From: an uncultured Gammaproteobacteria bacterium
Lineage (GTDB): Bacteria > Pseudomonadota > Gammaproteobacteria > Francisellales > CACEW01
Length of the DNA stretch: 64,000 bases
Reading direction: 5' to 3'
NCBI GenBank assembly: GCA_902563055.1
Contig: CACEWE010000001.1
Span: forward strand, 52,276 to 116,275
Below, in pieces: positions 10,022-20,907 of the stretch; the first letter of the stretch is position 1; the number at the start of each line of letters is the position of its first letter. A model generated the notes under the pieces. It did no database searches. It saw only the letters and a list, made by a program, of their open reading frames with translations, and was not told the origin of the DNA. The position numbers were made by a program, and so were the translations under genes.

Positions 10022-12577
10022 TTAAATTTCCCGTTTCACTTCGGTGCGTTTATAAACCTCAATTTGATCCTTAGGTTTAACATCATTGTAGTTTTTCACT
10101 GCAATACCACACTCTGTGTTTTGACGTACCTCATTAACATCATCTTTAAAGCGACGCAAAGATTCAAGCTCACCTTCATACACTACGACATTATCTCGAA
10201 GTACGCGTATGGGTTGATTACGCTTAATCATGCCCTCAACCACCATACAACCGGCTACTGCTCCAAATTTTGGCGACTTAAAGACATCACGAACTTCAGC
10301 AATACCAATAACTTCTTCTTTAATTTCTGGGGAAAGCAAGCCGCTCATAGCTTGTTTTACATCATCAAGTAAGTCATAAATAATACTGTAGTAACGTAAA
10401 GTAATATCTTCTTTTTCAGCTATTTTCTTCGCAGTTGCATCAGCACGTACGTTAAAGCCAAGTAAACTTGCACTTGAAGCCATTGCAAGGTGAATATCTG
10501 ATTCTGAAATTGCACCGACGGTACTAGAGATAATTTCAATACCAACTTCATCATGCTCAATTTTTAAAAGTGCATCTTCAATTGCCTCAGCAGAGCCCTG
10601 CACATCAGCTTTAACAATAACTTTTACCGTTGCTTTTTCAGCAGAACCTTCAAAGTTAGCAAACATGGAATCTAAGTTCATCGCTTTTTTTCTAGCTAAC
10701 TTATCATTGCGTTGTTTTTCACGACGTAAAAGTGCCAACTCGCGCGCTTTTCTTTCATCTTTGACAAAAATAAATCTATCCCCAGCTTTTGGAGATTGCG
10801 AGAAACCAGTAACTTCTACCGGCATAGAAGGTCCAGCCTGGGTAATTTTTTCACTCTTGGCATTATGCATGGTTCGAATTTTACCAATTTGCTCACCAGC
10901 TATAATAATATCACCATGATTTAAGGTTCCATTTTGAACTAACAAAGTACTCACTACACCACGACCTTTATCAAGGCGCGATTCAATAATAGCGCCCTTT
11001 GCCGGCACCTCTTTTTGCGCTTTTAATTCTAAAACTTCAGATTGCAATAATACCGCATCTAGAAGTTCATCAATCCCTAAGCCACTTTTAGCAGAAACAT
11101 TAACAAATTGATGCTCACCACCCCACTCTTCTGAAATAACCTCATGATTAGATAATTCAGTTCGAATACGCTCAGGATCAGCTTCTGGTTTATCACATTT
11201 GTTTACTGCAACCACAATTGGCACACCTGCAGCTTTTGCATGAGAAATAGCCTCTATCGTTTGTGGCATTACGCCATCATCCGCAGCGACAATAAGAATA
11301 ACGATATCCGTTACATCCGCACCCCTAGCACGCATAGCAGTAAAAGCAGCGTGACCAGGTGTATCTAGAAAAGTAACCATGCCTTTATCGGTCTGAACAT
11401 CATAAGCACCAATATGCTGGGTAATGCCCCCGGCTTCTTTATCGGCAACCTTACTTAAGCGAATGCGATCAAGCAAGGAGGTCTTACCATGATCCACATG
11501 ACCCATAACCGTAACCACCGGAGCACGTTCAACAAAAGCATCCTCATAGGTTTCATCCATGATGGCGCTTTCTGCTTCGTTTTCATCACGAACCGTAATA
11601 CTATGGCCAAATTCCTCCGCAACAAGCTGCGCTGTTTCATGATCAATAGGCTGATTAATGGTAACCATTGTACCCATTTTCATAAGTGCTTTAATGACAG
11701 CTTGGGATTTAATCGATAATTTATCAGCAAAATCTGAAACAAGAATATGCTCACCGATCACAATATTTTTAGATTTTTTCTCTACAGGCTTTTTAAAGGA
11801 TTGTACTTTAATATTTCCTTTAATTTTAACCACCTCTTTTTCTAATGCGGTTTTTTCTCTATCTAGTTCAGATAAAACTTGGTGTGCATGATGATGCTCT
11901 TTCCAATGCCGATCGTTTTCATTTTGGCCACCTGAGGCCCTTTTTTTCTTACGATTTAATCGCCTTGAAACACGATCCTGGTCTTCTTCAGGTGTTGAAA
12001 TATTTGGCTTTGGCAATTCTCGGTAATGCGGTTTAGAATCCACTTGCATAGCTGCCTGTTGTTGCTCATCTGGCACAGCAGCTGCCTTGTCTTTAGCTTT
12101 TTCATTATCCTGTGGATTTTGCTTCTCATTCTCTATAGGCTTCTCTGTAGGCTTATCAACTGATGCCTCCTCTACGACAGGAGCCTCTTGCTGCACCTTA
12201 GCCTTTGCTTCTTCTGCTAACTTAGCTTCTTCTTCTGCTAACTTAGCTTCTTCTTCAGCTATTTTTTGTGCTTGCTGTTGCGCTTTTTTCTGTTGCAATA
12301 AGGCTTCTTTTTGCGCTGCTATTTTTTGACGCTCCTGTAGGGTAATGGTTTTTTTCACCTGAATTTTCCCAGTAGCACTACCAGCTCCCCTTGCAGGGTT
12401 TTTATTTAAAGCAATTTTGCTAGGCTTAACCATCGCTTGCTGCATTTTTTTAACTTCATCAATGCTCACCGCATCAGATGCCTTGGTTTGCGGCAACTTA
12501 GCATCTTTAAACTGTGCTAAAAGCTCCTCTACCGGCTTGCCAACCATCTTCGCTAATTTTTCAACTGTTACGCTCAT
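10022..12577 (-). CDS. infB: translation initiation factor IF-2
   Basis: GTPase motifs [21 protein letters not shown] and NKCD. 851 aa with a charged repetitive N-terminal region. Confidence 0.97.
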   Translation of the reverse strand: MSVTVEKLAKMVGKPVEELLAQFKDAKLPQTKASDAVSIDEVKKMQQAMVKPSKIALNKNPARGAGSATGKIQVKKTITLQERQKIAAQKEALLQQKKAQQQAQKIAEEEAKLAEEEAKLAEEAKAKVQQEAPVVEEASVDKPTEKPIENEKQNPQDNEKAKDKAAAVPDEQQQAAMQVDSKPHYRELPKPNISTPEEDQDRVSRRLNRKKKRASGGQNENDRHWKEHHHAHQVLSELDREKTALEKEVVKIKGNIKVQSFKKPVEKKSKNIVIGEHILVSDFADKLSIKSQAVIKALMKMGTMVTINQPIDHETAQLVAEEFGHSITVRDENEAESAIMDETYEDAFVERAPVVTVMGHVDHGKTSLLDRIRLSKVADKEAGGITQHIGAYDVQTDKGMVTFLDTPGHAAFTAMRARGADVTDIVILIVAADDGVMPQTIEAISHAKAAGVPIVVAVNKCDKPEADPERIRTELSNHEVISEEWGGEHQFVNVSAKSGLGIDELLDAVLLQSEVLELKAQKEVPAKGAIIESRLDKGRGVVSTLLVQNGTLNHGDIIIAGEQIGKIRTMHNAKSEKITQAGPSMPVEVTGFSQSPKAGDRFIFVKDERKARELALLRREKQRNDKLARKKAMNLDSMFANFEGSAEKATVKVIVKADVQGSAEAIEDALLKIEHDEVGIEIISSTVGAISESDIHLAMASSASLLGFNVRADATAKKIAEKEDITLRYYSIIYDLLDDVKQAMSGLLSPEIKEEVIGIAEVRDVFKSPKFGAVAGCMVVEGMIKRNQPIRVLRDNVVVYEGELESLRRFKDDVNEVRQNTECGIAVKNYNDVKPKDQIEVYKRTEVKREI
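12213..12254. repeat. perfect 21-bp tandem duplication inside infB
   Basis: tctgctaacttagcttcttct occurs twice back to back, encoding EEAKLAE x2 on the minus strand. Confidence 0.9.
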
Positions 12578-12588
12578 ACAAGCATTCC

Positions 12589-14097
12589 TTATTCGTTTTC
12601 GCTAAACCAATGTTCTCTGGCATTCATAATTAAGCGCTCTGCTTTTTTACGATTCATGTTTTCGATATCTAAAAGCTCATCAATGGATAAATCCGCTAAA
12701 TCATCGCGTCTGTAAACCCCTTGATCAGCCAATCTAAATGCGGTTGCACGATCCATACCCTCAAGGCTTAAAAGATCTTCTTGAGGCTCCTTAACCGAAC
12801 CTTCATCTGAAAGCGCCTTAAGCATCAACGCATTTTGCGCACATTGCTGCAATACTGCTATTGTTTCAGCATCAAACATTTCAAGTAAAGTTTCATCATC
12901 CGCCCCAACATAAGCAATTTGCTCTACTGTTTGAAAGCCTGCATCAAATAAGGCTTCTGCAACATCTTCATCTACTTCTAGTGATGCTACAAGGGCACTA
13001 AGCATGGTGCTTTTTTCAGTACTTTGTTTTTCTTCAAGGTTTGTTTCACTCATCACATTAATGCGCCATCCAACTAAGTCACTTGCTAAACGAACGTTTT
13101 GACCATTTCTACCAATAGCTAGAGCTAAAGCAGATTCTTCCATCGCCACATCCATAACTTTTCTATCTTCATCAAGCATAATGGACTTCACTTCCAAAGG
13201 CGCAAAAATATTAATAACCATTTGCGCAGGATCAGCATCCCATTTAATAACATCAATACGTTCTTGGGATAGTTCCTCTGAAACTGCAGAAATTCTTGAG
13301 CCCCGAATACCAACACAGGCACCAACCGGATCAATACGACCATCGTTAGTCATCACTGCTATTTTTGAGCGCTGTCCTGGCTCTCTTGCCACACTGCGAA
13401 CTTCCACTAACTGTTCTGCTACTTCTGGAACCTCAAGACGCATCAGTTCTACAAGCATCTCATTACTCGTTCTGCTTAATTGTACCTGACTACTAGCGCC
13501 TTCTCCTGTTGCACTACTAATACATGCTTTAATACGATCACCAATTTGAAAAGGCTTCATTGCTTCAGGCTTTTTCATGATAACTTCTGCTTGAGGACTA
13601 GCAATCTCAACGGTGTAAAAATCACGATTGGTTCTGACAATAACACCATTTACCAATTGACCAATATGCTTGGACATAGTATCTCTAACTGCTTCGCGCT
13701 GTGCTTCATTTAGCTTTTGATGGAATACTTGTTTCAATGTAGAAGCAGCTACACGACTGGTCATCTTCTTCTGACTGACATCAAAAGCAAATACTTCAGC
13801 AGTTTCACCTGGATTTACATCTGGATACTGCTTTGCTGCATCTTCTTTACTAATCATAGTATGTTCATCAAAAGACTCATCCTGCGTTTCCGTTACCAAC
13901 ATACGTCTATAGACCTTGTAAACACCTTCATCAGCCTGACGATCAACGCGAATATCCCAAAACTGGATATTCTCAACATCACATACTTTTTTTACTGCAG
14001 CACAAAAAGCTTGATCCATGGCGTTTACCATCACCTCTTGTGATAAGTTTCTTTGCTCAGCAATCGCACCAAGTGTGCCTAGTATCTCTTTGTCCAT
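12589..14097 (-). CDS. nusA: transcription termination/antitermination factor NusA
   Basis: 502 aa with S1 and KH regions ([11 protein letters not shown]). Conserved operon position. Confidence 0.97.
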   Translation of the reverse strand: MDKEILGTLGAIAEQRNLSQEVMVNAMDQAFCAAVKKVCDVENIQFWDIRVDRQADEGVYKVYRRMLVTETQDESFDEHTMISKEDAAKQYPDVNPGETAEVFAFDVSQKKMTSRVAASTLKQVFHQKLNEAQREAVRDTMSKHIGQLVNGVIVRTNRDFYTVEIASPQAEVIMKKPEAMKPFQIGDRIKACISSATGEGASSQVQLSRTSNEMLVELMRLEVPEVAEQLVEVRSVAREPGQRSKIAVMTNDGRIDPVGACVGIRGSRISAVSEELSQERIDVIKWDADPAQMVINIFAPLEVKSIMLDEDRKVMDVAMEESALALAIGRNGQNVRLASDLVGWRINVMSETNLEEKQSTEKSTMLSALVASLEVDEDVAEALFDAGFQTVEQIAYVGADDETLLEMFDAETIAVLQQCAQNALMLKALSDEGSVKEPQEDLLSLEGMDRATAFRLADQGVYRRDDLADLSIDELLDIENMNRKKAERLIMNAREHWFSENE

Positions 14098-14109
14098 TAT
14101 TCTATCCTC

Positions 14110-14592
14110 TTATTTTTTATTCCAAACAATTTCAGCTATTAATTTAGCTTTTTTAATATTTTCAAATTCAATTACGATAGGATCTGCTTGATCCTCCATT
14201 TGCAAGTAAATGCTTTGTTCTGTGACTTTAAGCAAAGTACCTCGAAAATGTCCCTGACCTGCGATCATTTCCTTGCTACGGACATCTACAATCTGACCCA
14301 GGTAGTCTTGGTACTGCTCACAAAAGAAAAAATGGCGATTAAGGCCTGGAGAGGAAACCTCTAAAAGAACCTTAGCCTCAGGTCGCTCTACCATTAGTAG
14401 AGCTTGTATCTGACGACTAGCCTCACTGCACTGATCAACATTAACACCACGCGCATCAGGACTGTCAATATAGATCTGCAAGCTTGTTTGCTCATGCTGA
14501 ACCGACATTTTAAGACCCCAAAGACGCAAACCTAGTGCTTCTACTGCTGGCAGGATAAGGCTGTACCATTGCTTGTCCATACTTTGCATCAT
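14110..14592 (-). CDS. rimP: ribosome maturation factor RimP
   Basis: Lies between metY and nusA and has an LEVSSPGLNR motif. The start is trimmed to Met22 of the tracked ORF. Confidence 0.8.
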   Translation of the reverse strand: MMQSMDKQWYSLILPAVEALGLRLWGLKMSVQHEQTSLQIYIDSPDARGVNVDQCSEASRQIQALLMVERPEAKVLLEVSSPGLNRHFFFCEQYQDYLGQIVDVRSKEMIAGQGHFRGTLLKVTEQSIYLQMEDQADPIVIEFENIKKAKLIAEIVWNKK

Positions 14593-14665
14593 GTTTATAA
14601 TCTCACTTTGTTCATGCCATAAAAAAAGGGCTTTTGGCCCTTTTATTATAAGCATTTATTATAAT

Positions 14666-14742
<77 letters not shown>

Positions 14743-14810
14743 ATAACTGTGGCAAATATACCATAAAATAAAAATGGATACAAGCTTTTTTTTAAAAAAT
14801 ACCTAAAAAA

Positions 14811-16157
14811 CTAACTATCACCTAGAACCGTCTTTTTGTCAGCCATGAGCTTTACACTGTCTTTACGCCACACATACAAACGCCTAATAACAATAGCGTT
14901 CATTAAAACGGCAAAAATGACCAGGGTTAAAATAGGCAAACTAAGCACTGCACCTAAAATGATAACCGCAAAGCGAATATCCGGATCAATAAGCATATCA
15001 TTTTCTATGGGATGCTTTTGCTGAAAGTCCTCAAGATAACGATCCGCTGAAAAATGAAACATCATGGTGCCCACTAAAGCAAATATTCCAATGAGGATGA
15101 TATTCTTAGAATCTAAATCTACCGTCCCAAGTACAAAAGCGCTCAAGAGTGCAAGTTCACTATACTTACACAGAATATGATCAAAGTATTTGCTAAAGTT
15201 CTGACACTGGTTACGAAGGATTGAAACCTCTTCGCTGGCAATATGGAAAGTAAAGCTTAATAATGCCAGGCAAGCCCCAACGAATATTTCAAGATAATTA
15301 GACTGCGAAAGAAGAAGTGCTGCCAATAAAGCAAAAATAAATCCTATAACAGAAATACATTCTGGGCTGATTTTGCTTAGTGCAAGCACACTAGATAAGC
15401 AAGAGCTAATGGGTCTAAAAAACCATTTTTTAATGAGATTCTCATGCGGGCTTTTTCTTAAACTGGCAAGCATTTCTTCTTCAGTACGCATTAAGGCATC
15501 AGGCGAATCTACAAAACTCCAAAAATAATGTTCCTGAGACACACAATAGGCTGCAGAGGTCTTGACCGTTGAAGAAAGCGTCTTTTCTATATTGGGAGAT
15601 TTTTGTTTAGCAAGTTTTTCAACAAAAGACTTGGGAATATAGTATATACCAGTTGCAAAGCCATCAAATTCAGCAAGGCCACGCTCTAAGGCAATACATT
15701 TGCCATCCTTTGCTTGAAAACGAACAATTTCCAAAAGGTCAAGCTTCTTCTCTATATGATTTTCATCTACAGCAATATAAAGGCCAGATTTTTTCTCCAC
15801 CTTGCCTATAAAGCCCTCAAGCATTGCAGGATCAATAATAAAAAAACACGACAAATATAAAAATCCTGAATTTATAGCTTCTTTTTCTTTTAGTAATGCC
15901 GTTTCAAAATTTTGCTTCTGCCCGCTTGTAACATGCGTAATTGAAATAGACTGAGTCTTTGCAAAACGATCAACAAACTGACGCACTGCAACATCTTCTT
16001 CTCGCGTAATAATAACAAAATCATTCAATTGTGCCTCTATGGCAGATTGCAAGGTACGTTGAATTAAAGGCACGCCATATAAAGGAATAAGGGGGGCTGG
16101 CTCATTGTACATAGAAAAAGAAGCACAACACGCACAAGCATTAATAACGACTTTCAT
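14811..16157 (-). CDS. nucleotidyltransferase-like / CDP-alcohol phosphatidyltransferase-like membrane fusion protein (signature motifs degenerate)
   Basis: The N-terminal ~230 aa have sugar/MobA-type nucleotidyltransferase layout (MKVVI...PLIPLYGVPLIQRTL). The C-terminal ~200 aa are polytopic and begin ...ISPECISVIGFIFALLAALLL, as CDP-OH transferases do. The GxGxR loop and the DGxxAR...D...D motif are not intact. Confidence 0.45.
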   Translation of the reverse strand: MKVVINACACCASFSMYNEPAPLIPLYGVPLIQRTLQSAIEAQLNDFVIITREEDVAVRQFVDRFAKTQSISITHVTSGQKQNFETALLKEKEAINSGFLYLSCFFIIDPAMLEGFIGKVEKKSGLYIAVDENHIEKKLDLLEIVRFQAKDGKCIALERGLAEFDGFATGIYYIPKSFVEKLAKQKSPNIEKTLSSTVKTSAAYCVSQEHYFWSFVDSPDALMRTEEEMLASLRKSPHENLIKKWFFRPISSCLSSVLALSKISPECISVIGFIFALLAALLLSQSNYLEIFVGACLALLSFTFHIASEEVSILRNQCQNFSKYFDHILCKYSELALLSAFVLGTVDLDSKNIILIGIFALVGTMMFHFSADRYLEDFQQKHPIENDMLIDPDIRFAVIILGAVLSLPILTLVIFAVLMNAIVIRRLYVWRKDSVKLMADKKTVLGDS

Positions 16158-16211
16158 AAAAAGATCCCAAGGTTAAAACCTCCCGATTATATCAAGGCTT
16201 GTTTAAAAACG

Positions 16212-17570
16212 CTAGGGAGCAATAGTAGTTTTTTCATCACGAACATGAAATAAAGCCTCTACAAAAGCCTCGGCATCAAAAGGTGCTAAATCATCAAGTT
16301 TTTCGCCTATACCGATATAACGAACCGGAATGGAAAGCTTGTGGGCGATAGCAAATAAAATACCCCCCTTTGCCGTACCATCAAGCTTGGTAATGCTAAT
16401 GCCATTTAAACCTACACTTTGATGAAAAGTTTCTGCCTGCAACAAGGCATTTTGCCCCATGGATGCATCGACCACGAGCATAATTTCCTGAGGCATGGTA
16501 TCTTGGTGCTTTTTACAAACTCTAACCACCTTTTCTAGCTCAGCCATAAGATGATCCTTGGTATGCAAACGCCCTGCTGTATCGGCAATCACCACATCAA
16601 TTTTTTTAGCCTTGGCCCTATCAATCGCATCGTAAATAACTGATGCGCTATCGGCACCTGTGTGCTGCGCAACACATTCAACCTTATTTTTTTGTGCCCA
16701 ACTTTGTAGTTGCTCAATGGCTGCTGCACGAAAAGTATCGCCCGCCGCCACTAATACACTATGACCGCTTTGTTGTAATTTTTTACATAATTTACCAATT
16801 GTAGTGGTCTTTCCAGCGCCATTGACCCCAACCATTAAAATTACAAAAGGGCCAGCATCGGTAGGTGAAATATGAAGCGGCTGAGCCAAAGGTTCAACTA
16901 ATGCAAGCAACTCTTTTTTAAGATGCTCAAATAAATAATCGCGATTTTCTAGATCTGCGCGTTTAGAAGCCTCAACTATACTTTCTATCAAGTGTTCACT
17001 TAACTCCACCCCCAAATCTGCCTGAAGTAAAATAGTCTCGAGCTCTTCCAAGGCATCTTCATCAAGTTTTTTCTTGCCATGAAGCAAATCCATAACAGGA
17101 GCACAAATAGCTGAACTAGTTTTACTTAAACCCTGCATTAAGCGCGAGAAAAACCCGCGTTTTTTCTCCGTCTCTAGCTCCACTTGATCCGGCGGCACAT
17201 CTGACTTCTCATCAGCAAGCACCGGCTCAGGTTCAATCTGCTCTTGGACTTTTTCCTCTATGGCATCTTTGGTCAAAGGCTCTTGTAACTGATCATGCTC
17301 TATTTCCTGTTGTACAGGCGTCTTATCATCCGAAGTTTTGCAAGGCTCGGTTTGAATATTTTCTGCAGATGGCGCTAGATCTGCTTGCTTAGGCGCTACA
17401 ACTTGAGACTGATCTTGAGTTTGTTGATCTAGCGGGGTTTCTTGTGCAGGCCCAGACTCTAGATCAGGCGTGCTTATCGATGGGGCATCTTGTACCTTAA
17501 CAGCAATCAATTCTTCTTGTTCTTTTTGTTCCTTTTGCTCTTGTTTCTTCTTCCTACCAAACCATTTCAC
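16212..17570 (-). CDS. ftsY: signal recognition particle receptor FtsY
   Basis: Acidic, repetitive N-terminus. NG domain with MVGVNGAGKTTTIGKL, DTAGR and TKLDGTAKGG. Confidence 0.93.
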   Translation of the reverse strand: MKWFGRKKKQEQKEQKEQEELIAVKVQDAPSISTPDLESGPAQETPLDQQTQDQSQVVAPKQADLAPSAENIQTEPCKTSDDKTPVQQEIEHDQLQEPLTKDAIEEKVQEQIEPEPVLADEKSDVPPDQVELETEKKRGFFSRLMQGLSKTSSAICAPVMDLLHGKKKLDEDALEELETILLQADLGVELSEHLIESIVEASKRADLENRDYLFEHLKKELLALVEPLAQPLHISPTDAGPFVILMVGVNGAGKTTTIGKLCKKLQQSGHSVLVAAGDTFRAAAIEQLQSWAQKNKVECVAQHTGADSASVIYDAIDRAKAKKIDVVIADTAGRLHTKDHLMAELEKVVRVCKKHQDTMPQEIMLVVDASMGQNALLQAETFHQSVGLNGISITKLDGTAKGGILFAIAHKLSIPVRYIGIGEKLDDLAPFDAEAFVEALFHVRDEKTTIAP

Positions 17571-17737
17571 TGGGACATGCTCCCTTTCTCATTGCAATGC
17601 GCTATTGTAATAAAACCCTAGCAAATAGCAAGGAAAACCCTTTTTACGTATCATGAAACACCCCTAAGCTAAATATTCCCCTGACAGCAGCAAAATTATA
17701 TGTTCTAATGTGTGCACATTTTTTAAAAGCACTTTAC

Positions 17738-17968
17738 ATGTCTGAAAAACAAAACACTATCAGCGAAATCCAAGAACTTGTAGAAGCATACAAAGAAGTC
17801 AAAGCAGAGAGTGATCGCCAAGATGCGCACCTTCAGCAGACTATGAACAAAATGCTTGAGCAAGAAACCAAAGCGAATCAAAAATGTCAAGAATTACAAA
17901 TGCAGTACCAAACGCTCTTAAGTGAAATCCGCAAAATCCTCCACTACAATCACCACCAAGAAGCATGA
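17738..17968 (+). CDS. hypothetical small coiled-coil protein
   Basis: ORF-track frame only, with a heptad-like charged sequence. No convincing RBS, and the 3' end overlaps the convergent membrane-protein gene. Confidence 0.3.
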   Translation: MSEKQNTISEIQELVEAYKEVKAESDRQDAHLQQTMNKMLEQETKANQKCQELQMQYQTLLSEIRKILHYNHHQEA

Positions 17969-19437
17969 TAGAACTTGGTATTACCTTGCAGCCAAAAACT
18001 TGGATGGTATATACATTTAGGACACGCTGAAAAAAAAGCATCACTGGTCTCTTTTTCAAATTTATAATAATGAACCGATGCTATAGCTTGGCTTAAAAAT
18101 ATAAATAACATGAAGACTATCAAAACCCACTTATGCCATCGCATCTCCCCCTTGCCATAACTATTTGAACGCTCAAGATCCTGCCAATAATGGCCTACTG
18201 CAAACCCAGCAACAAGCATAATAAGAAAAATAGATACTGCAAGGCGGCCAAGGCCACTAAACTCGCTATGAAAGGCCACTGTTAACATACTAGCACATAA
18301 AGACAACACCCATAAACGCTCATAAAGATCCACACGCTTACGGTTAAAGATCTTTTTAACTAAGCAAAGCCATTTCCAAATTAATCCCACTACCAATACC
18401 ACAAAGCTGACGGTAACAATTAAACCATATTCGCTAGCCATATGCAGCAAAAGGTTATGTGGAGATGAAGCAAGTATATATTGGACATTAGCCTCATACG
18501 GATAATGCAATGGACCGACCCCAAAAAAAGGATGCTGTTTTATTAAGTGTATTGCATATATCCATAAGGGCATTCTACCATTGACATTAACATCATCATA
18601 ATGAAAAGGCGCACTTTGCACATTTAGAACATAATGAAAAAACGCATACATGCAAATACCCAAAAAAAGCATAGCAAAAAATCTTTTCAAATAACACCAG
18701 GTATTTTTATAAAAACAACTATAAACTAAAATCAAGAAGATAGCCTCATAGCATAAGCCCCTAGACTGCTGCATAATGCCTAGGAAAATACAACAAGCGC
18801 CAAGGACAAGACATAAAAATCGCCATGATTTTGAATCTTTAAACAAATAGGCACTATAAACGAGTAAAGGAACACAAATGGTAAAAACATGGGCTAAAAA
18901 TCTTGGATTAGCGTAAAAGTAAAAATACATCAATTGAGAATATTGAATATAAAAGGAAAATATTTTCACCACATAGGCCAATAAAGCCAACACCAATATC
19001 GTTAAAAAATAGTGTTTAAAATCTCGATCATAATAGCTTAAAGCAGCAACACACAAGAGAAACAATATCATCATATAATCAAAGCCACACTGCAATAAGC
19101 CATAAAGAGGCAACGGCGCCAAAAGTGCAGAAATAAGCATCGCCGTTAGCATAATACCAAAGGCCACTTTCAAACCAATACTTAAGGAACCAAGCATTTG
19201 AAATACTGTTGTCCGAAGCTTAGCTTGCATTAAGACACCTGTACAAAAACCATAGACTAAAACCATCACCATAATACGCTTAAGATTATAAATGTTAATG
19301 AAATCAATATAAGCATAATATTTTAGTGGTATGAGATATAGATTCAGAAGTAAAAACATACCAAATAAAAAAAACAGCAACAGAAAAGGATGCCGAACAA
19401 CAATAGCATCACAAGCACCCAACTTTTGATCTGACAT
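17950..19437 (-). CDS. O-antigen ligase / Wzy_C-family polytopic membrane protein
   Basis: More than 10 predicted TM segments, a large loop carrying SPHNLLLHMASEYGL (the H-N-x-x-L...E-x-G Wzy_C motif), and an RGL motif upstream. Confidence 0.6.
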   Translation of the reverse strand: MSDQKLGACDAIVVRHPFLLLFFLFGMFLLLNLYLIPLKYYAYIDFINIYNLKRIMVMVLVYGFCTGVLMQAKLRTTVFQMLGSLSIGLKVAFGIMLTAMLISALLAPLPLYGLLQCGFDYMMILFLLCVAALSYYDRDFKHYFLTILVLALLAYVVKIFSFYIQYSQLMYFYFYANPRFLAHVFTICVPLLVYSAYLFKDSKSWRFLCLVLGACCIFLGIMQQSRGLCYEAIFLILVYSCFYKNTWCYLKRFFAMLFLGICMYAFFHYVLNVQSAPFHYDDVNVNGRMPLWIYAIHLIKQHPFFGVGPLHYPYEANVQYILASSPHNLLLHMASEYGLIVTVSFVVLVVGLIWKWLCLVKKIFNRKRVDLYERLWVLSLCASMLTVAFHSEFSGLGRLAVSIFLIMLVAGFAVGHYWQDLERSNSYGKGEMRWHKWVLIVFMLFIFLSQAIASVHYYKFEKETSDAFFSACPKCIYHPSFWLQGNTKFYHASWW

Positions 19438-19531
19438 ATTTTATTCCAGGCTTTAAATTGGATTTGATGCTAGCTTATTTTTGATAGCGATACAAGTACT
19501 CATCAGCTTAGTATAGTAGAAAAAACTAGGC

Positions 19532-20857
19532 TCAAGAGTCTTTTACTAAAAGCGCCATAGTCTCCACATGCGCAGTATGGGTAAACATATCCAAAAGACC
19601 AATTTTTTCAATTCTATAACCATAATCACCCACCAAGGTTTTAAGATCGCGCACCAAAGAGCTCAATTGGCAAGAAACATAGACCATTTTCTCAATTTTG
19701 TTATGATTAAGCGCTGGGATAATTTCCTTGGCACCACTTCTTGGTGGATCTAGAAGCACTTTGTTATAAGGGAAATTTTTAAAATCAAAATCGATTGTTT
19801 CTTGATACAAATCCGCACGGTGAAAAAAAACATTATCAAGACCATTGCGCTGGGCATTTTTACCAGCCTGTAAAACCATCTTATCACAGGCCTCAAAACC
19901 ATCGACCTGTTTGGCTTTTTGCGCCATAGCTAAAGAAAAATTACCCAAACCACAAAATAGATCCAGCACTTGATCATTAGCCTTTAGCGCCAAGCAATCT
20001 AGAGCTTGATTAAGCATTTTCTGATTCATTTTTAAATTCACCTGGGTAAAATCGCGCGGCTGAAAGTGCATGGTAATATCTTGGTCTTCCAAGCGGTATT
20101 CTAAGTGCGGCTTTTCTATTTTAGGATAAAACAAATAGCAACTATCGTCTTTTCCCGGCTGAAGATATATCCGCACTGGGTTTGCCTTTGCATAGGCCTC
20201 AAGCAAAGCCTTATCGCCATCGCTTAAAGGCTCCAAATGCCTAAAAATTAAATCAACCAGCGCGGCATCACCCATAGCAACAGTAATTTGCGGAATTTTA
20301 TGCATCACCGAAAGTTTTGCAATAAGATCTTTAAGCCCAGGAATTTGACTACTAATAGCCTGGTGCAACACGACACAATCATCCATTTGGGCAATTTTAC
20401 GACCATCTAGCTCACGAAACCCCACTAAAACCTCACCCTTTTTCTCAACATATCGCACCCCAAGGCGCGCCTTAGTGCGATAATGATTCGTTTGGCTTAA
20501 CTGTAATGGCGATAAGAACTCGCCGACTTTTAAATCTGCATGGTCTAATTGCTCTTTCAAAAGATCCATTTTTAATTGAATTTGATCCCATGCGCTTAGA
20601 TGCTGCAAAGAACACCCACCACATATTCCAAAAAAATCACATGGTGCAGCAACGCGCTCTGGCGCAGTCTGGTGATGCTCTATGGCCACAGCATCAAGAT
20701 ATTTTCTATGCGAACGCAGCACACGCGCGGTAATTTTTTCTCCTTTAAGCGCATTGTGAACAAAAACCACCTTGCCATTATGCTCAGCGATACCGCGACC
20801 ATCATGGGCTACGCGCGAAATATCAAGTTCTATGGGGCCACGATTTTTTCTTGCCAT
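19532..20857 (-). CDS. rlmD: 23S rRNA (uracil1939-C5)-methyltransferase
   Basis: N-terminal TRAM domain, Fe-S cysteines CDFFGICGGCSLQH, SAM site LDLFCGLGNFSL and LLDPPRSG. Confidence 0.85.
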   Translation of the reverse strand: MARKNRGPIELDISRVAHDGRGIAEHNGKVVFVHNALKGEKITARVLRSHRKYLDAVAIEHHQTAPERVAAPCDFFGICGGCSLQHLSAWDQIQLKMDLLKEQLDHADLKVGEFLSPLQLSQTNHYRTKARLGVRYVEKKGEVLVGFRELDGRKIAQMDDCVVLHQAISSQIPGLKDLIAKLSVMHKIPQITVAMGDAALVDLIFRHLEPLSDGDKALLEAYAKANPVRIYLQPGKDDSCYLFYPKIEKPHLEYRLEDQDITMHFQPRDFTQVNLKMNQKMLNQALDCLALKANDQVLDLFCGLGNFSLAMAQKAKQVDGFEACDKMVLQAGKNAQRNGLDNVFFHRADLYQETIDFDFKNFPYNKVLLDPPRSGAKEIIPALNHNKIEKMVYVSCQLSSLVRDLKTLVGDYGYRIEKIGLLDMFTHTAHVETMALLVKDS

Positions 20858-20907
20858 GTTAGGGTAAATCTTGTAAAAAGTGCCCTATCATGCCCAAATG
20901 AACTGCT

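Noticed and set aside
10064-14043. Many plus-strand ORFs of 60-110 aa inside infB and nusA (for example 10064-10372, 12087-12329, 13181-13489, 13717-14043)
   Set aside because: They are antisense shadows of long, confidently identified genes. Their low-complexity or hydrophobic translations are typical of the reverse frames of AT-rich coding sequence.
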